From NCBI RefSeq assembly GCF_006345805.1, contig NC_043003.1:50840001-50904000 (forward strand): a DNA stretch of 64,000 nucleotides, read 5' to 3'. A model generated the notes under the pieces. The model was not told where the DNA came from and made no database searches. It saw nothing but the letters and a program-made list of their open reading frames with translations. The position numbers were made by a program, and so were the translations under genes. Shown here in pieces: positions 25,152 to 38,887 of this stretch (its first letter is position 1; each line of letters starts with the position of its first letter). This DNA comes from Octopus sinensis (taxonomy: Eukaryota).

Positions 25152-26443
25152 GTGTATAACGTTCTTCAATATATGGTTGAACTTGGTATTTATTGCTCCA
25201 TAGAAGTGCGAATTATATTTATCTCTATGTTGTGTATTTATTTATTTGTATTAATGAGACCTCGGTGACATTTACTTATATAACTACAGCATCACTTAAG
25301 GTACGGATGTTTACATATACACTCTCCCCTTTTCCGTATCAAATATCGGGTGCTTATCGCTTTTTATCATTTGCTAAATGACCCCAGGTAAAACGATAGG
25401 CATTCGTCGCTTAAGATATTTGTTAAACATCAGTTAGCTTGACTGAAAGGAAAAGTAAAATAAAAAAAATTACCCACTGATGTATTTTCTAAAGCTACCT
25501 TTTTCCTTATTGATTTTGTTTTAGTTTTCTTCTAACAAAACATGTCGTACTGATGTACTTTTGTGACTGAAGGCTTGGAGCAATGATAGTGTTGGTGTTT
25601 TGTTTGTTTTTGTAGTTATTGTTGCTTTTGTTGTTGCTAAATTAGTTGTTGTTCTTGTAGTAGTCTTTAACAGTCGTTAAAGGCACACTCGTACTGAAAT
25701 AGTTGCAACAACAACTATAACAATAACAATGTGATGGAGACAGTCTTTAGTCGCTCAGACAACTAGAAATAGCGACCAAATCTCCCGCAAATCGTATCTT
25801 AACTTCTTGGGAAAGGAAATGGCATACTGGATATTATATGCCCTCGTAGTCGTAAACAATCATGGTTCTAATGTTTTGGGTCGTAAGTAGGCTTAATCTA
25901 GATAAACCTGGGGTTAAACAACAACGACAGCAACAACAATAACAAATCAACTAAATGAGTACTTGGTTCCATTTTCTCGTGTTACCAAAGGAGAAGCAAA
26001 GCTTAAGATAACCAATCGATCCTTCTATATAAATAACATAGAAAGAATCAAAGAAAAAGAGAGATATAAAGGAAAAAATCAATAGAAGATAGAGAGAGAA
26101 AGGAGGAGAGAGAGGGGAGAGAGAGTGAAATGGAGAGAGTGAGAGTTGATGCGTATAACGTATAATATATGGTTGAACTTGTTATTTATTACTCCATAAA
26201 ATTATGATTTTTATTTATCTATGTTGTGTATTTATTTGTTTGTATTAATGAGTCCAATGTGACATTTATTTATATAACTACAGCATCACTTACGGTACGG
26301 ATGTTTACATATACACTCTCTCGTTTTTCGTATCAAATATCGGGTGCTTATCGCTTTTATCATTTGCTAAATGACCTCAGGTAAAACGATAGGCGTTCGT
26401 CGCTTAAGATATTGTTGAACATCAGTTAGCCTGATTGAGAGAA
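25152..26443 (+). repeat. Two ~300-bp direct repeats (25152-25455 and 26151-26443)
   Basis: Shared aatatatggttgaactt...ataactacagcatcactta.ggtacggatgtttacatatacactctc...tcgtcgcttaagatatt; roughly 85-90% identical by eye. Confidence 0.9.
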
Positions 26444-26553
26444 AATATTTTTAAAAATCATGGTACCTTTAGCAAGAGTATTTAACCTTCGGCCGACCAA
26501 TGTCTTGTGAGTGAATTTGGTGGACAAAACTGATAGAAGCCCTTCATATATAA

Positions 26554-26587
<34 letters not shown>

Positions 26588-27142
26588 ACCTCTATAGGTC
26601 CTCCACCACGGCTTGACAATCGGTGCTGGTGTGGTTTTGTCCCCGTAAATTAGCTGTTCGGCAAAGAAGACCGATGGAATAAGTACATGACTTTAAAAAT
26701 ATCAAATAAGTACTGGGATAGATTCGTTCGACTAAAATTCTTCAAAGCTTTGCTCTAACATGGCCGCAGAAACTGTTGTATTGGACAGGGTCAGTTTATT
26801 ATTAACTGGTGTCTCAATGGCGTACAACCGTAAACCTTATGACTCAGGCAATCTTTTCCTCTCCTGGAGTCTATGAAATGAGAACTGAATCAGTACATCA
26901 ATCTAGGACACGAAATCTAAGAAGACGCCTCTGTGTCTGTGTAGGGCATCTTGGGAAAAAAGGAAACGGAACTCAGCACCATTGAATTTTGAGAAGACAT
27001 CCCCTCTATCCCGGAGCCAGAATGTTTTATTCTAAATTTCTCTCAGAAGCCTTGTCCTTTTCACTCAGTAGAGTCCAGATTCAATGCTTCTAAGTTACCA
27101 AAGCCAATAATTTCTATAACTATTTCAATATTATAAATTATA

Positions 27143-27775
27143 CTAGCTTAAGGTGATCCGCTCTACGCGCAGGTGAGGGTGTGGTTGTCACTTTCTGTTG
27201 CTTCCTTTCTGTTTCTTATCGCCACATTCTCCCTCTTTGTTTCTCTCTCCTTTCTCTCTCTTTCCCACTCTCTTACTCTTCCTTTTTCTCGGACTCTCCC
27301 TCGCTTTCTCTTACGCGTGCATGTAAATTCAAAATTACTTAAAATTTTGTGAAATTTGATACTTTTTTCTGGTATATTTTGACGGTTCATGATGCAAATA
27401 ATGCAAACAGAAAAAAATCTAAAAATAGGGCAAAAATGTACTCTTTTTAAAAGTTGAAAAATTTTACCCTCCTTTCCAAAATCCCCCAAAGTTTTACATC
27501 CACAATTAAAGATAACCGCCTCTAGCCCCTGCAGCAACACGAGCGCAACCTGTTTATCCCATAAAACTAAATTTTTCCCATATTCCTCACCATGGCAACC
27601 AAACGGTAGCCCCGAGCGACTTGCAAGACTCCTAACACCGTTGCCCACCCCATTTCACCCCCAGTGTAAATTTTGGCGCCCATCTACCGTCCCTTAAACC
27701 GTTCCCATCCCAAACTGTGACAAATAACCAAGAAATCAAATAGCTTTTTCGCATTTCAGCTTTATAGATATTGAT
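27143..27775 (+). mobile_element. Non-autonomous Helitron-family (DINE-1/HINE-like) element
   Basis: 5' TA|CTAGCTTAAGGTGA.CCGCTCTACGCGC.GGT with a subterminal hairpin, an internal (CT)-rich tract, and a 3' end tcagctttatagatattgat. The 3' part recurs at about 28255-28345. Confidence 0.5.
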
Positions 27776-28857
27776 GAATATATATACACACATATATATG
27801 TATACACATTTTACACACACACACACACAAATATATATATATATATTAACACAATATATCTGATTTTTGATATCTGTTATGATTATGCGGTGGTGGTGGT
27901 CGATAATAATTCACTGTTCTAAAAGACCTGTGACAGGAATATTTAAACATTTGGGGCTGTCAACGCTTTCTCTCTATAGATAGAGACAAACATACAGTGA
28001 GAGAGGTGGTGGGAGAAAGAGTGACAGACAGACGGCGAAGGCAGAGTGGGAATGAGAGTGGAGAGTGTCAAACGTCGTTACAGAGAGAAATTGAAGGGAA
28101 GGAAGGAAAGAGCGAGAGATCGAGGAAGACAGGGTGATATCTGAAAGGGAGAAACGACAAACACTTGTCAAAGTCTGGATTTTGTTGTCCTAGTAACCAC
28201 AACTTTTAGATATAGGTTTCTAGCCCAGTCCAGTCGCTTCCTCGCCTCTTTTTACATGTCCCAGTACATTTTGGCGCCAATCCGACCCCATCTACCGTTC
28301 CCATCCCAAAATGAGACAAACATCTTTTTCGCATTTCAGCTTTATTGATTAAATATTATATCTAAGTTCATGGGTTAAGTTGTTTAATTTATTTATATAT
28401 TTTATTTGCTTTGGTTTGGTTTAGAAAGACTGTTGAAATGCGAGAACATTCCTCTGGGACATGAGATATCGATGCGCTTAATGTTGCTCTTGATTAAGAT
28501 TAAGCAGTGCTAAAGGAAAAACAAGGGCAGGAAAAAATTGCTAGAAGCTGATGTTCTCAGCACGGAAAAATAGAAAAGTTGTTAGTGCGGAGCCCGAGGG
28601 ATGGAAACATTAATGGGGTAATAAAGTCCGAAACATAATGTCTGATAATTCGGATTGGTCACCGCTACAATTTCACTGATAATAGGATAATAAAACCTGG
28701 GCAGGGTAAACAAATATAACAACAAAATGGTATGATTTAAGAGAAATGCTGATTCTGTATCAGTCTATTACTGCTGGACCTCACTAGGGGTAACAATATT
28801 TTTATACTAATATACTCAGGTTCGCTCAAAGTAGAAGAAAATGAACATAACAATTGA

Positions 28858-28911
<54 letters not shown>

Positions 28912-29953
28912 ATTCTTGCGCTTCTTGAAACGATAGATTAGATTTTAATAATGAGTCAAACGGTATACGTTAAACACATGGATATTTATGAAGGCAGAAT
29001 AGCCTGTGGTTTGGACGAGAAATAATCCGGAATATTTAATTTGAATTATATGAATTATTCAAGCGAAAATAAAATTTTAATAGATATTTATTTTAGATAT
29101 TTATTTCCTCGTTTCTTACTCGGAAGCTGAGAAGCAAGGAAAACCAAATGGAAAGAAAATCGACAAATATAAAAATTACAGCATTCTTCCTTCTATTTAA
29201 CTGTATGCCTGCATATCTAGCTATTTATTTGACATACACAGTTTCTTCTTACTCTCTCTGTCTCTCTCTGTCTCTCTTGAGCTTTTTCTTTTAATCTCTC
29301 TCACTCTTTCTCTCTCGGTCCCTCGTTCACTTTCTTGTCTTCACGTCGCCTTATCTTAAATTTAACCAAGATAAAGTGATAAAGCAACATTGCTTCCATA
29401 TATAAATTGATTAATCTGGGAAGATACAGAAATAATTATTTAAATTACCATCTATTTTTCATTCAAAAACAAATATCTCATGCTGATATTTTATGGTATG
29501 TATATGACATTGAAAAATAGCCATGTATAAAACACTTCATAATGCCACAAGCCATTTTGAATGAATCAGTTCAATGATAAGCTTAAATGTAAATAAATTT
29601 ATCTTTACCTACGTACGTCTATTTTCGTAGAAAAGATAGAAGCAACCTCGTCGGATGAATCAATCGTAGTCCGCTGGTAGTACATAGCATCATTATTATT
29701 ATTTTTAATAAAAAAAAGTAATATCGGCTTTGGTAAACTTTCAGTCCAGGGTGTAAGAGAACTGTAAATGTAAGAATATATTTAGCCAAGTGTTCGACAG
29801 CTTTGCATACAATACATGTTCGTGTGGTTAAGAGTTAGGTTTTACAAACTGGTGATTGCACATGTACGCTCCTTTCCTACAGTGCTGTTCATTAGATAAA
29901 CCTTCAGTCGACCAATGCCTTATGACTGATGTGTGTGTGTGTGTGTATGTGTG

Positions 29954-29991
<38 letters not shown>

Positions 29992-30323
29992 GAGAATGTG
30001 TATGTGTAAGTACATCGGTGAAAGATAGATACATTGGTGAGCAAGTTTTTCTCCACAGTCTTCAGACTTAACATTGCCATCTATATAAGTATACACATGC
30101 GAGTGTACGTGCACTCAGAAACACACAAACATATTATTTCGCCTTATAAAACGTATGTTACTTGCATATAGAGGACTACATTCTAACGTCTTCTCCCCTT
30201 AATTAAAGACAGTGGGTTGTGATTTAAGAGAGCTTTGACTGCTATATTTAACAGATCAAGTATCTACTCCGAAACTTACCGCGTTGGCTCGAAGTAATTT
30301 TTGTCTTTGCTCTCCATTTTCAG

Positions 30324-30407
30324 ATTAATTATAATCGAACAAATTTATGATGGAAACTGTACCGGTCGTAATAATCATACCGTTTGCACATCAGGAACCA
30401 TAAGACG
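30324..30407 (+). other. Candidate 84-nt exon (symmetric phase 2), product unknown
   Basis: tttgtctttgctctccattttcag acceptor and G|gtaaga donor. The single open frame is xLIIIEQIYDGNCTGRNNHTVCTSGTIR. No homology recognised. Confidence 0.3.
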
Positions 30408-31131
30408 GTAAGATGTGATGTGTGAGACTTTCAGTTACTTCCAGTTACTTTCAGCAAGTTGTGCCATTTGTGTTAGCTAAATGTTCAACGAAATTACCAA
30501 TGAAAGGGACTTCCCTTCCCATCTCTCTTCTGCTTTCTCTTTTCACCTTCCCTTTTTCTCTATCCCTCTTCTTTTCGTTTCCCCTGGTTTACACTTTCTA
30601 TGTCATATCTTCAGTGTAGGTAAGTGAACTAGCAGGTTATTCAGTTCGTTATTGAAGCTATGTAATTACCTTTAGGGATGGTGTGAGTTTTTATTTAGGA
30701 AGGATGCGAAATGTAGTTGCTGTCAAATGCAAGATTATCGGTGCATAATCATCATTCTAAGATATCGTTTCTTTAAGAATTTATTTTATGCTTTAAATTT
30801 ATTCATGCTCGATTACAGTTTTCAATATCAATTTTATAAAGTTACATACCTCATTATTTATGTATTCATATTTTTCTCTCTCATATTTTATGTGTGCATG
30901 TGTGTATATATGTATGTATGTGTATATGTATATATGTGCATATATATATATATACATATATGTATGCATGTATGTACTATTATGTATGTATGTGTATGTT
31001 TATATTTTAAGGTGTCTGTGCTGTGTATTGCTACAACATTCTATAAAGTGTCATCAAAAACTGGAGGCCACAAATAAATTGTTAGGTAGTAGGTATATTC
31101 TTCGCAAACACCTCGAATTAATATATCAGCT

Positions 31132-31731
31132 CTTATTTCTTTATTGCCCACAAGGGGCTAAACATAGTAGGACAAACAAGGACAGACAAACGGATTAGGT
31201 CGATTATATCGACCCCAGTGCGTAACTGGTACCTATTTAATCAACCCCGAAAGGATGAAAGGCAAAGTAGACTTCAGAGGAATTTGAACTCAGAACGTAG
31301 CGGCAGACGAAATACCTATTTCTTTACTATCCACAAGGGGCTAAACACAGAGAGGGCAAACAAGGACAGACAGACGGATTAAGTCGATTATATCGACCCC
31401 AGTGCGTAACTGGTACTTAATTTATCGACCCCGAAAGGATGAAAGGCAAAGTCGACCTCAGCGGAATTTGAACTCAGAACGTAATGACAGACGAAATACC
31501 TATTTCTTTACTACCCACAAGGGGCTAAACACAGAGGGGACAAACAAGGACAGACATAGGTATTAAGTCGATTACATCGACCCCAGTGCGTAACTGGTAC
31601 TTAATTTATCGACCCCGAAAGGATGAAAGGCAAAGTCGACCTCGGCGGAATTTGAACTCTGAACGTAGCGGCAGACGAAATACCGCTAAGCATTTCGCCC
31701 GACGTGCTAATGTTTCTGTCAGCTCGCCGCT
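31132..31731 (-). mobile_element. SINE family B head plus three tandem 184-bp units
   Basis: Units start at about 31133, 31317 and 31501; both internal junctions read gacgaaatac|ctatttcttt; the head ends at about 31730. Confidence 0.9.
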
Positions 31732-32635
31732 ATATCAGCTCTTATCTTGCAAAATAGAATGCCAGGTACTTATAAATTTTTCCCATATTCTTCTGCTCAC
31801 AGTTATTGCAGCACCGCGATCACTTCCACATTATTTTCTCACTTTCTGGCGGAGAGCAAGAACCCGAAACGTTAGAAATACTTTTCTCTGTGTTAAAAAG
31901 AAGAATAATCGAGGAAAAGGAGTAGAATAAAAGTATGAAACATAAAAAGGAATTTTATTATTGCTGCAAATAACCTTTTATCAGCAAAAATATTTATAAA
32001 TGAACACGATCATATTCGATTTCTTAAGTGTTGTCGTTGATTAAATTGTGAAACTAAAAATAGAAAGATTCTCTATAAAGATTACACATTAACAAAGTTA
32101 ATTCTGTAAGCAATACAATCTTAGCTTCAATGATTAATAAAACTGTCTGTTGCAGCCGTTATAGTTTGTGAGTTTTAACCGTGTATCTAGATCACACTTA
32201 ATGTTTTGTTTTCGTTCTTCTTTCTTTTACAGTCATACACCATTAAATACAGAGAAATTCTAACCAAAGAATCAGTTGATTATATTTTGTATTTATACGT
32301 TAGCCTACTACAGGCTAACGAATTACACGACCATCTAACATATTTACACAGTCTTAAACTATACATAGAACATATTTCGGATTTTTAAGTTCTTTCAAGC
32401 TCTTGCTAGTTTGTTGCCCTTTTTTTCTATTCACGGCACATTCGTCAAGTGTCTTCCGCTATAATCCCGGGCTGACTAATGTTTTGTGGGTCAATTTGGT
32501 TGACGGAAACTCTGTGGAAAGCTATTTTATCTGTCTATCTACCTATCTATCAATTTATCTCTCTATCAATCTATTTATCTATCTGTATGTCTGTCTGTCT
32601 ATCTGTCCGATAATCAATGTGTGTGTGTATTTGGA

Positions 32636-32678
<43 letters not shown>

Positions 32679-32688
32679 GTGTGTGTGT

Positions 32689-32723
<35 letters not shown>

Positions 32724-33274
32724 AATGGTTCTTCTGCCTGTCTTTATTACTCTCCAGCTGCTTCACAATTGGTGTTGGTTGAGTTACGTCCTAAAATTTA
32801 GCGGTTCGATAAAAGAAATAGACTAAGTATCAGACTTTTAAAAAAAACATAAGTACCAGGACGATTTATTGGTCTAAAACCTTCAAGTTCATGCTCTAGC
32901 ATGGCCACAGTCCAATGACAGGAAAAAGTAAAATATAAAAGATAAAGAGATAATTATTTAGGGTTATTTATACATTTTCTCTCTTTTTGTGGGTTCCGGA
33001 CCCCTCCATAACCTCTTACGGTTCACGCTTCAAAATAGATATCGATTTATTTATTCCTCCAGAAAGTTAATTCTATAAATTAACGTTCACTCTATATTTG
33101 GTCATGTTGTCTGTCTAGAGTAGGGGTACAATAATGAGTCTTCCACGGACTGCATCATGGGCTCTATTGTAAAACCCATTTTAAACCTCCTCTTCCGTGT
33201 TATTTACGGAGTACTGAGGCAGTTATGTATGTCTGTACGCTTTACGTTCTCAATAATTCCATTTTATAGGTATA

Positions 33275-34071
33275 CTAGCTTAAGGTGACCCGCTCTACGC
33301 GCGGGTGAGGGTGTGGCTGTTACTTTCTGTTGCTTCCTTTTTGTTTCTTATTGCCACATTCTCCCTCTTTGTTTCTCTCTCCTTTCTCTCTGACTTTCCC
33401 ACTCTCTTACTTTTCCCTTCCCTCGGACTCTTCCTCGCTTTCTCTTACTCTCTATCTTTCTCTATCTCTCTCCCATTTATAAAAAACAAAAGATCTTGAG
33501 TAAGTTGAGGAAGAAAATATTTTGAAAGATCAATCATAAACATCAGGCAGTGACAACGGAAAGCACACTTGCCTTTTGTACGTGCCACTATTTGAGCGAT
33601 TGAAAATAAGGAAATTTAGTACATATTTTGGGAATTTTTCGACGATTGACCATGCAAATGAAAGCTCTAAACACGGGCTACATGCAGCTGTAAATTTCTT
33701 TCAGAAAAAATGAAAACTGTAAACAATAAAAAATAAAAGGCAAAAATACGTAAAAATGAGGAATTTTTTTCAACTTCAAAAATCTTGCCTTAATTATCAA
33801 AATTTCGAACCCGTTTACCTCGCTTAGATTACAAATCCTCTTCTACTTTACCACGTTGAAAATTTGATTGAAATCGGGCAAAAAGTGTCCAATCTAGACC
33901 CCCGAGTGTCCCAAAAAATCAATAAAATCCCCGTTTTCACACCAAAACAACCACTGTAGCGCGCCAAAACGTCTTCCAATCAATTTCTCACCTCAAGTTA
34001 CCCTCTCCTGTAAATTTTAATCCCCTTCCAATTTGTATCAACGTTCGCCTTCTTCATTTTATAGATTAGAT
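33275..34071 (+). mobile_element. Second Helitron-family non-autonomous element
   Basis: The first ~170 bp match 27143-27310, including the ACCCG-ctctacgcg-CGGGT hairpin. The interior differs, and it ends ttcattttatagattagat. Confidence 0.5.
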
Positions 34072-34324
34072 TTTAATACTTGGGTTGAATTCATTTCAAT
34101 CGGTTTTATTCATGATGCAACGCCATCTAGAACGATATTTTGTTGGTTTACTTTTCTGATACGTTCTGAAATTCCCAATGAAACTTTTCATGCTTAGCGA
34201 CTGGTTTCAAACCAATTCTTGCTCAATACTATAAATTCCAACACTTGTCTTTGACCATGACGTTTGTCATTCATTCCTTGATTTTGTTCCTTATGGAGTT
34301 CTTGTTCGTTTTCGTTTTTATTCT

Positions 34325-34636
34325 TTTATTTGTTTCAGTCATTTGACTGCGGCCATGCTAGAGCACCGCCTTTAGTCGAATAAATCAACCCCCGGACTTA
34401 TTCTTTGCGAGCCTAGTACTTATTCTATCGGTCTCTTATATATATATATATATATAAATATATATGTGTGTGTATGTGTGTGTATGACGGGCTTCTTTCA
34501 GTTCCCGTCAACCAAATCCACTCACAAGTCGTAGGTCGTTCCGAGGCTATAGTAGAAGACACTTGCTCAAGGTGAGAACCCAGAAACCATGTGTTTGGGA
34601 AGCAAGCTTCTTAACACACAGCCACGCCTGCGCCTG
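34325..34636 (-). mobile_element. SINE family A, near full length
   Basis: Reverse-complement homology to 1673-1979 plus the tail at 1022-1078. Confidence 0.88.
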
Positions 34637-34729
34637 CTTTTGTCTTCTTTTTTTTTAATTTCTATACGTGATGCATGAAAATTAAAGGTAAGAATCTAAT
34701 AGACTATAAATAAAAGAAAATAAGATAGC

Positions 34730-34971
34730 GATCCTTACCGAGCCGTATAGACTCATAGGGCCGGTTTCCTGGTTTTTGTGGGGCATATATTCCCCCATCA
34801 ACGAGATGCCTGTCTGTTGCAGGATTACACATTTTTGCCAACGAGCGGATTGGAGCAACGTGAAATGAAGTGTTTTGCTCAAGAGCACAACGCATCGTTC
34901 GGTTTAGGAATCGAAACCACAATGTTACGATCATGAGTCCAAAACCCTAACCACTAAGCCATGCGCCTCCA
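34730..34971 (-). mobile_element. SINE family C
   Basis: Homologous to 5778-6013 (tggaggcgcatggcttagtggttagggt...gagcaaaacacttcatttcacgttgctcc). Confidence 0.85.
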
Positions 34972-35167
34972 TAGATGAAAATAATAGAAATTTCTAACAC
35001 AGACCACCCATTTTCCTAAAGGGTAAAATAAATCGATCACAGTAATTGAGCGGTATTTATGTTACCAATCGTGAAAGGATAAACGGCAAAGTTGAGCTTT
35101 GCAGGATATGAATTGAAAACACCAAAATATGGCAAAGAATTAGGTTTATGACTTTTTACTGACTATA

Positions 35168-35398
35168 CCTATTTCTTTATTACCCACAAGGGGCTAAACA
35201 CAGAGGGGACAAACAAGGACAGACATAGGTATTAAGTCGATTACATCGACACCAGTACGTAACTGGTACTTAATTTATCGACCCCGAAAGGATGAAAGGC
35301 AAAGTCGACCTCGGCGGAATTTGAACACAACGTAACGCAGACGAAATACCGCTAAGCATTTCGCCCGACGTGCTAACGTTTCTGCCAGCTCGCCGCCT
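35168..35398 (-). mobile_element. SINE family B, young monomer
   Basis: Nearly identical to 31501-31730; also preceded by tac|ctatttc. Confidence 0.9.
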
Positions 35399-35723
35399 TT
35401 TTACTGACTATACCATTTGCTGGCCTGAATAATATAGCAGTAAGACACGCACACACATACATACATACATACATACATACATACATACATACATACATAC
35501 GTACATACATACATATGTATACATTTATATATATATATTTATATATACGTATACATATACACATACACACACAAACACACACACACACACACAGACATGA
35601 TACTAGTAGACAATGTGTTTAAGTAAAGGAGAACTACTATTTTGTTGTTAACAAAAGAGCACACTTCTCTTTCTTGTAAGAATACAGAGATTAGCAGACA
35701 TTTTAGGAGAATGTATGTATGCC

Positions 35724-35817
<94 letters not shown>

Positions 35818-37429
35818 TTATATTTATGTATTATGTATGTATGTATATGCGTACTATGCTTATGTCGCCTTAGTAGACAAAAATGGAAATTCAAACAGAG
35901 AATATGTATGTATTCACTGATTGAAATAAATTTATCTCATTTCATATAATGTGACTAAAGTGTCGAAAACATTTCTATCATTTCCAGTTGTAATAAAATA
36001 TAGACAGAGATACCGCCATTATGTTTCAACAATCTCCATTGACCCTATAGAGTTTTCATGAATATTTCCAGAAGACACTATTTCTGTGATATCATTTATG
36101 CCATGAGTAAAATGTCTATCAATAATGTCAAAGAAAAGCAAAGGTTAGAATATTAGCTCTGCTGGAAGCTGAAATATATACTTTCGAACTGATCTTTAAA
36201 CTTTATGTCAATGACACCTCTGATGTTTAACCAAATTGAAACATTCTTCCAATATATAGGAAAAGAACCTGTCAACAATAACTGATCATTTACTTGATAA
36301 ATCGTGGGGAAAATTCAAACGTAGATATATATTATCTATATTAATAGATCCTCGTGCCGTTTAATTCTAATGAAACATATTATAAATATGTAATAGCTAT
36401 CGAATATCTAGTATGTAATGTTACACGAAATGTAATTTTTTTATGAATTGTATATTTCGTGGTTCAGGGATCGAATAGCTGCCCACAAAATTAATTCATC
36501 TTTTAGCTTACTAGATGAGGAAGTAAGCGGCCTCCACTGATACAAAACACAAAAGACATCACATAATCAATGACCTCAAGAAGCCACTGCCACCACAATG
36601 AAGTATTTTTTGTACGAAACCCCATCAAGTGTCTGGCAGACACATTTCATGCAATTTTCCATGTATCATGAGTAGAACCCAAGTTTTTGTAATTGTATGA
36701 GGGATACGACGGGTGTGACAGTCAGATTATATAGTATCCCCCGAGGAAAATCAATTTATAGTAAGGATAACCAGTGCATGCTACAGACACCCAAAATAAA
36801 CCACAAGTTAAGTACTAGGATTGTGAAAGAGAACGTAGTTCTCTCATATTCTTTCCATTGTATTAAATCTCCCAATTCCACATATAGTGTTCTGTTGAAT
36901 CAAGTGCATATCTTCTGACATTTTTATGAGTTTAAAAATATTTTACTGTACATAGGGATAAATATCATTAACTGCATGTTCCGAGAAGAATAATTATATG
37001 CAGGTGGTCTTTATAGATTATGGACAACCAAGACACATCACAAAATGTTTCTGTCAATGCTTTATCTGGATGTAGATTGTTTTGTGTTACAGCAATCATT
37101 TCAGCTTAATTGCAAGATACACGAGGTGCTGGATGAACAGATAACTAATATAAACACTAGAATACAAAGTGAATTGTAGTGGTCTGAGAAATTTTCCTTT
37201 CTTTGTGGCAAATTAATATCCTCTATTTGGACCGTTTCTTACATAGACATAAAATCAGAGATTTTAGGTAGGAGAAAGTCGATTAAGTCAACGTCAGAAC
37301 TTAACATGTATTCATTTTATCGACCCCAGAAAAATAAAAGGCCAAGTTTTCCTCCAGGGTATTTGAAATCAGAACATAAAAGCCGTAACTAAATATTGCA
37401 TGGTACGTTACTCAACAGACATCTATATA

Positions 37430-37800
37430 GGTATGCAGATGGTTTTCTGGTTTAAAAGCGCTCGCTTTGTAACCATGTAGTTTCGGGTTCAGTCCCACCG
37501 CCTAGAGCCTCGGCAAGTGTCTTTTACTGTAGCCCAGGGCTGACTAATACTTTGTCAATGATTCTGGTAGACGGAAACTGTATGGAAGTCATCGTATACA
37601 TATATTCGCGTGTGTGTGTGTGTCTGTGTTTGTCCCAACCACCTCTTGACAATCGGGATTGTTTTGGTTCATTTCAGCCTAAGAGACCAATACAATTAGC
37701 ACCAGACTAAGTACTGGTATCGATATATTCGACTAAACCCTTCAAAGATGAACCCCATTATGGTAGCAGTCTAATCACTGAAAAATAAAATAAAAAAGAA
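37430..37800 (+). mobile_element. SINE family A, diverged
   Basis: gggttcagtccc...ggcaagtgtcttttactgtagccc...gacggaaactg...(GT)n...cgactaaaccc. Confidence 0.75.
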
Positions 37801-38509
37801 GATAAAATACTAAGATATCGTCTCCTTAGTCTTCCTTCAAAGAACCACTCCAGTCTCGTTCTTGTCTACTTCAGCTATGATTTCATTACCACTGTAGTTG
37901 TAAGATGACAAAGTTTAATCAAATAATATTGTTTGTATTTTTTTATGGTGAAAATTTCGAAAACATGACTGTAAGGTAAATTTATTTTAAGATTTTCATC
38001 ATGATTTAATTTAATTTACTTTTTGTTATCTTATATAGAATGTAGTTCCAAACGTGAATGTAAAAATAAATGAAATCAATAACAGAAGTAGGAATAAAAA
38101 CAATTAATTCTTGTATGTGTTAATCAAACTACAATAACATAATAAAACTACTACACACATTGATTTCTTTCCACTTATACAGAAAGGCTTTGTGTTTTAG
38201 AGGTTGGAGAAATGGGAATTTGTAGCATTGTTCCATCTCCCAAGAGAATTTACTGCATCAGTGAAGTGAAATGAGATCAAAAACTAGGTTGTGATTTATT
38301 TCCCTTAGTGTGCTATACAATATGTATAAAACCGCGTATCAAATAATTTAATGATCATTTGTTTATGGAGAACATTAAATTTACTCAAAAGTATTAGTCG
38401 ATTGAAATAACTTCAGTAGTAGTAGTAGTAGTAGTAGTAGTAGCAGCAGCAGCAGCAGCAGCAGTAGTAGTGGTGGTGGTGGTGGTGGTGGTGGTGGTGG
38501 TAGTTTATC

Positions 38510-38887
38510 ATAATATGAGATTACCATGTCGCGCACATATGGTTGTGATGCATGTGCCTAGTGTACCCTTATCAGACGGGTAGTCATGATGGGTATACTG
38601 GGCTTCGTATACTTTACCCCAGTGTCACTTTGATGGCATGCACTGCTCTCTCACTCAATAATGATAACAATAATCTTTTCTACTAAAGACACAAGGCTTG
38701 ACATTTTGGGGGAGGAAGATTATCGATTTCATCGGCCCCAGTGCTCAACTGGTACTTATTTTATCGACACCGAAAGGATGAAAGACAAAGTGAACTTCGG
38801 TGGAATTTGAACTCAGAACGTAAAGACGGGAACGATGCGGCTGAACATTTTGTCTGGCGTGCTAATGATTCAGGCAGCTCGCTGCCT
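38510..38887. mobile_element. AAT-tailed retroposon 3' end (+, 38510-38676) abutting a SINE family B copy (-, 38677-38887)
   Basis: 38510-38670 is the reverse-complement homolog of 57795-57945 and ends ctctctcactc-aataatgataac; the SINE B motifs follow. Confidence 0.75.

Noticed and set aside
31132-31731. Regular repeats resembling a CRISPR array
   Set aside because: The units are contiguous 184-bp SINE bodies with no unique spacers, there are no cas genes, and the context is eukaryotic.
36201-36224. Minus-strand IRGVIDIK resembling the cyclase RGxIxxK motif
   Set aside because: No GT donor follows the Lys codon and the upstream residues do not fit; it looks more like a LINE RT remnant.
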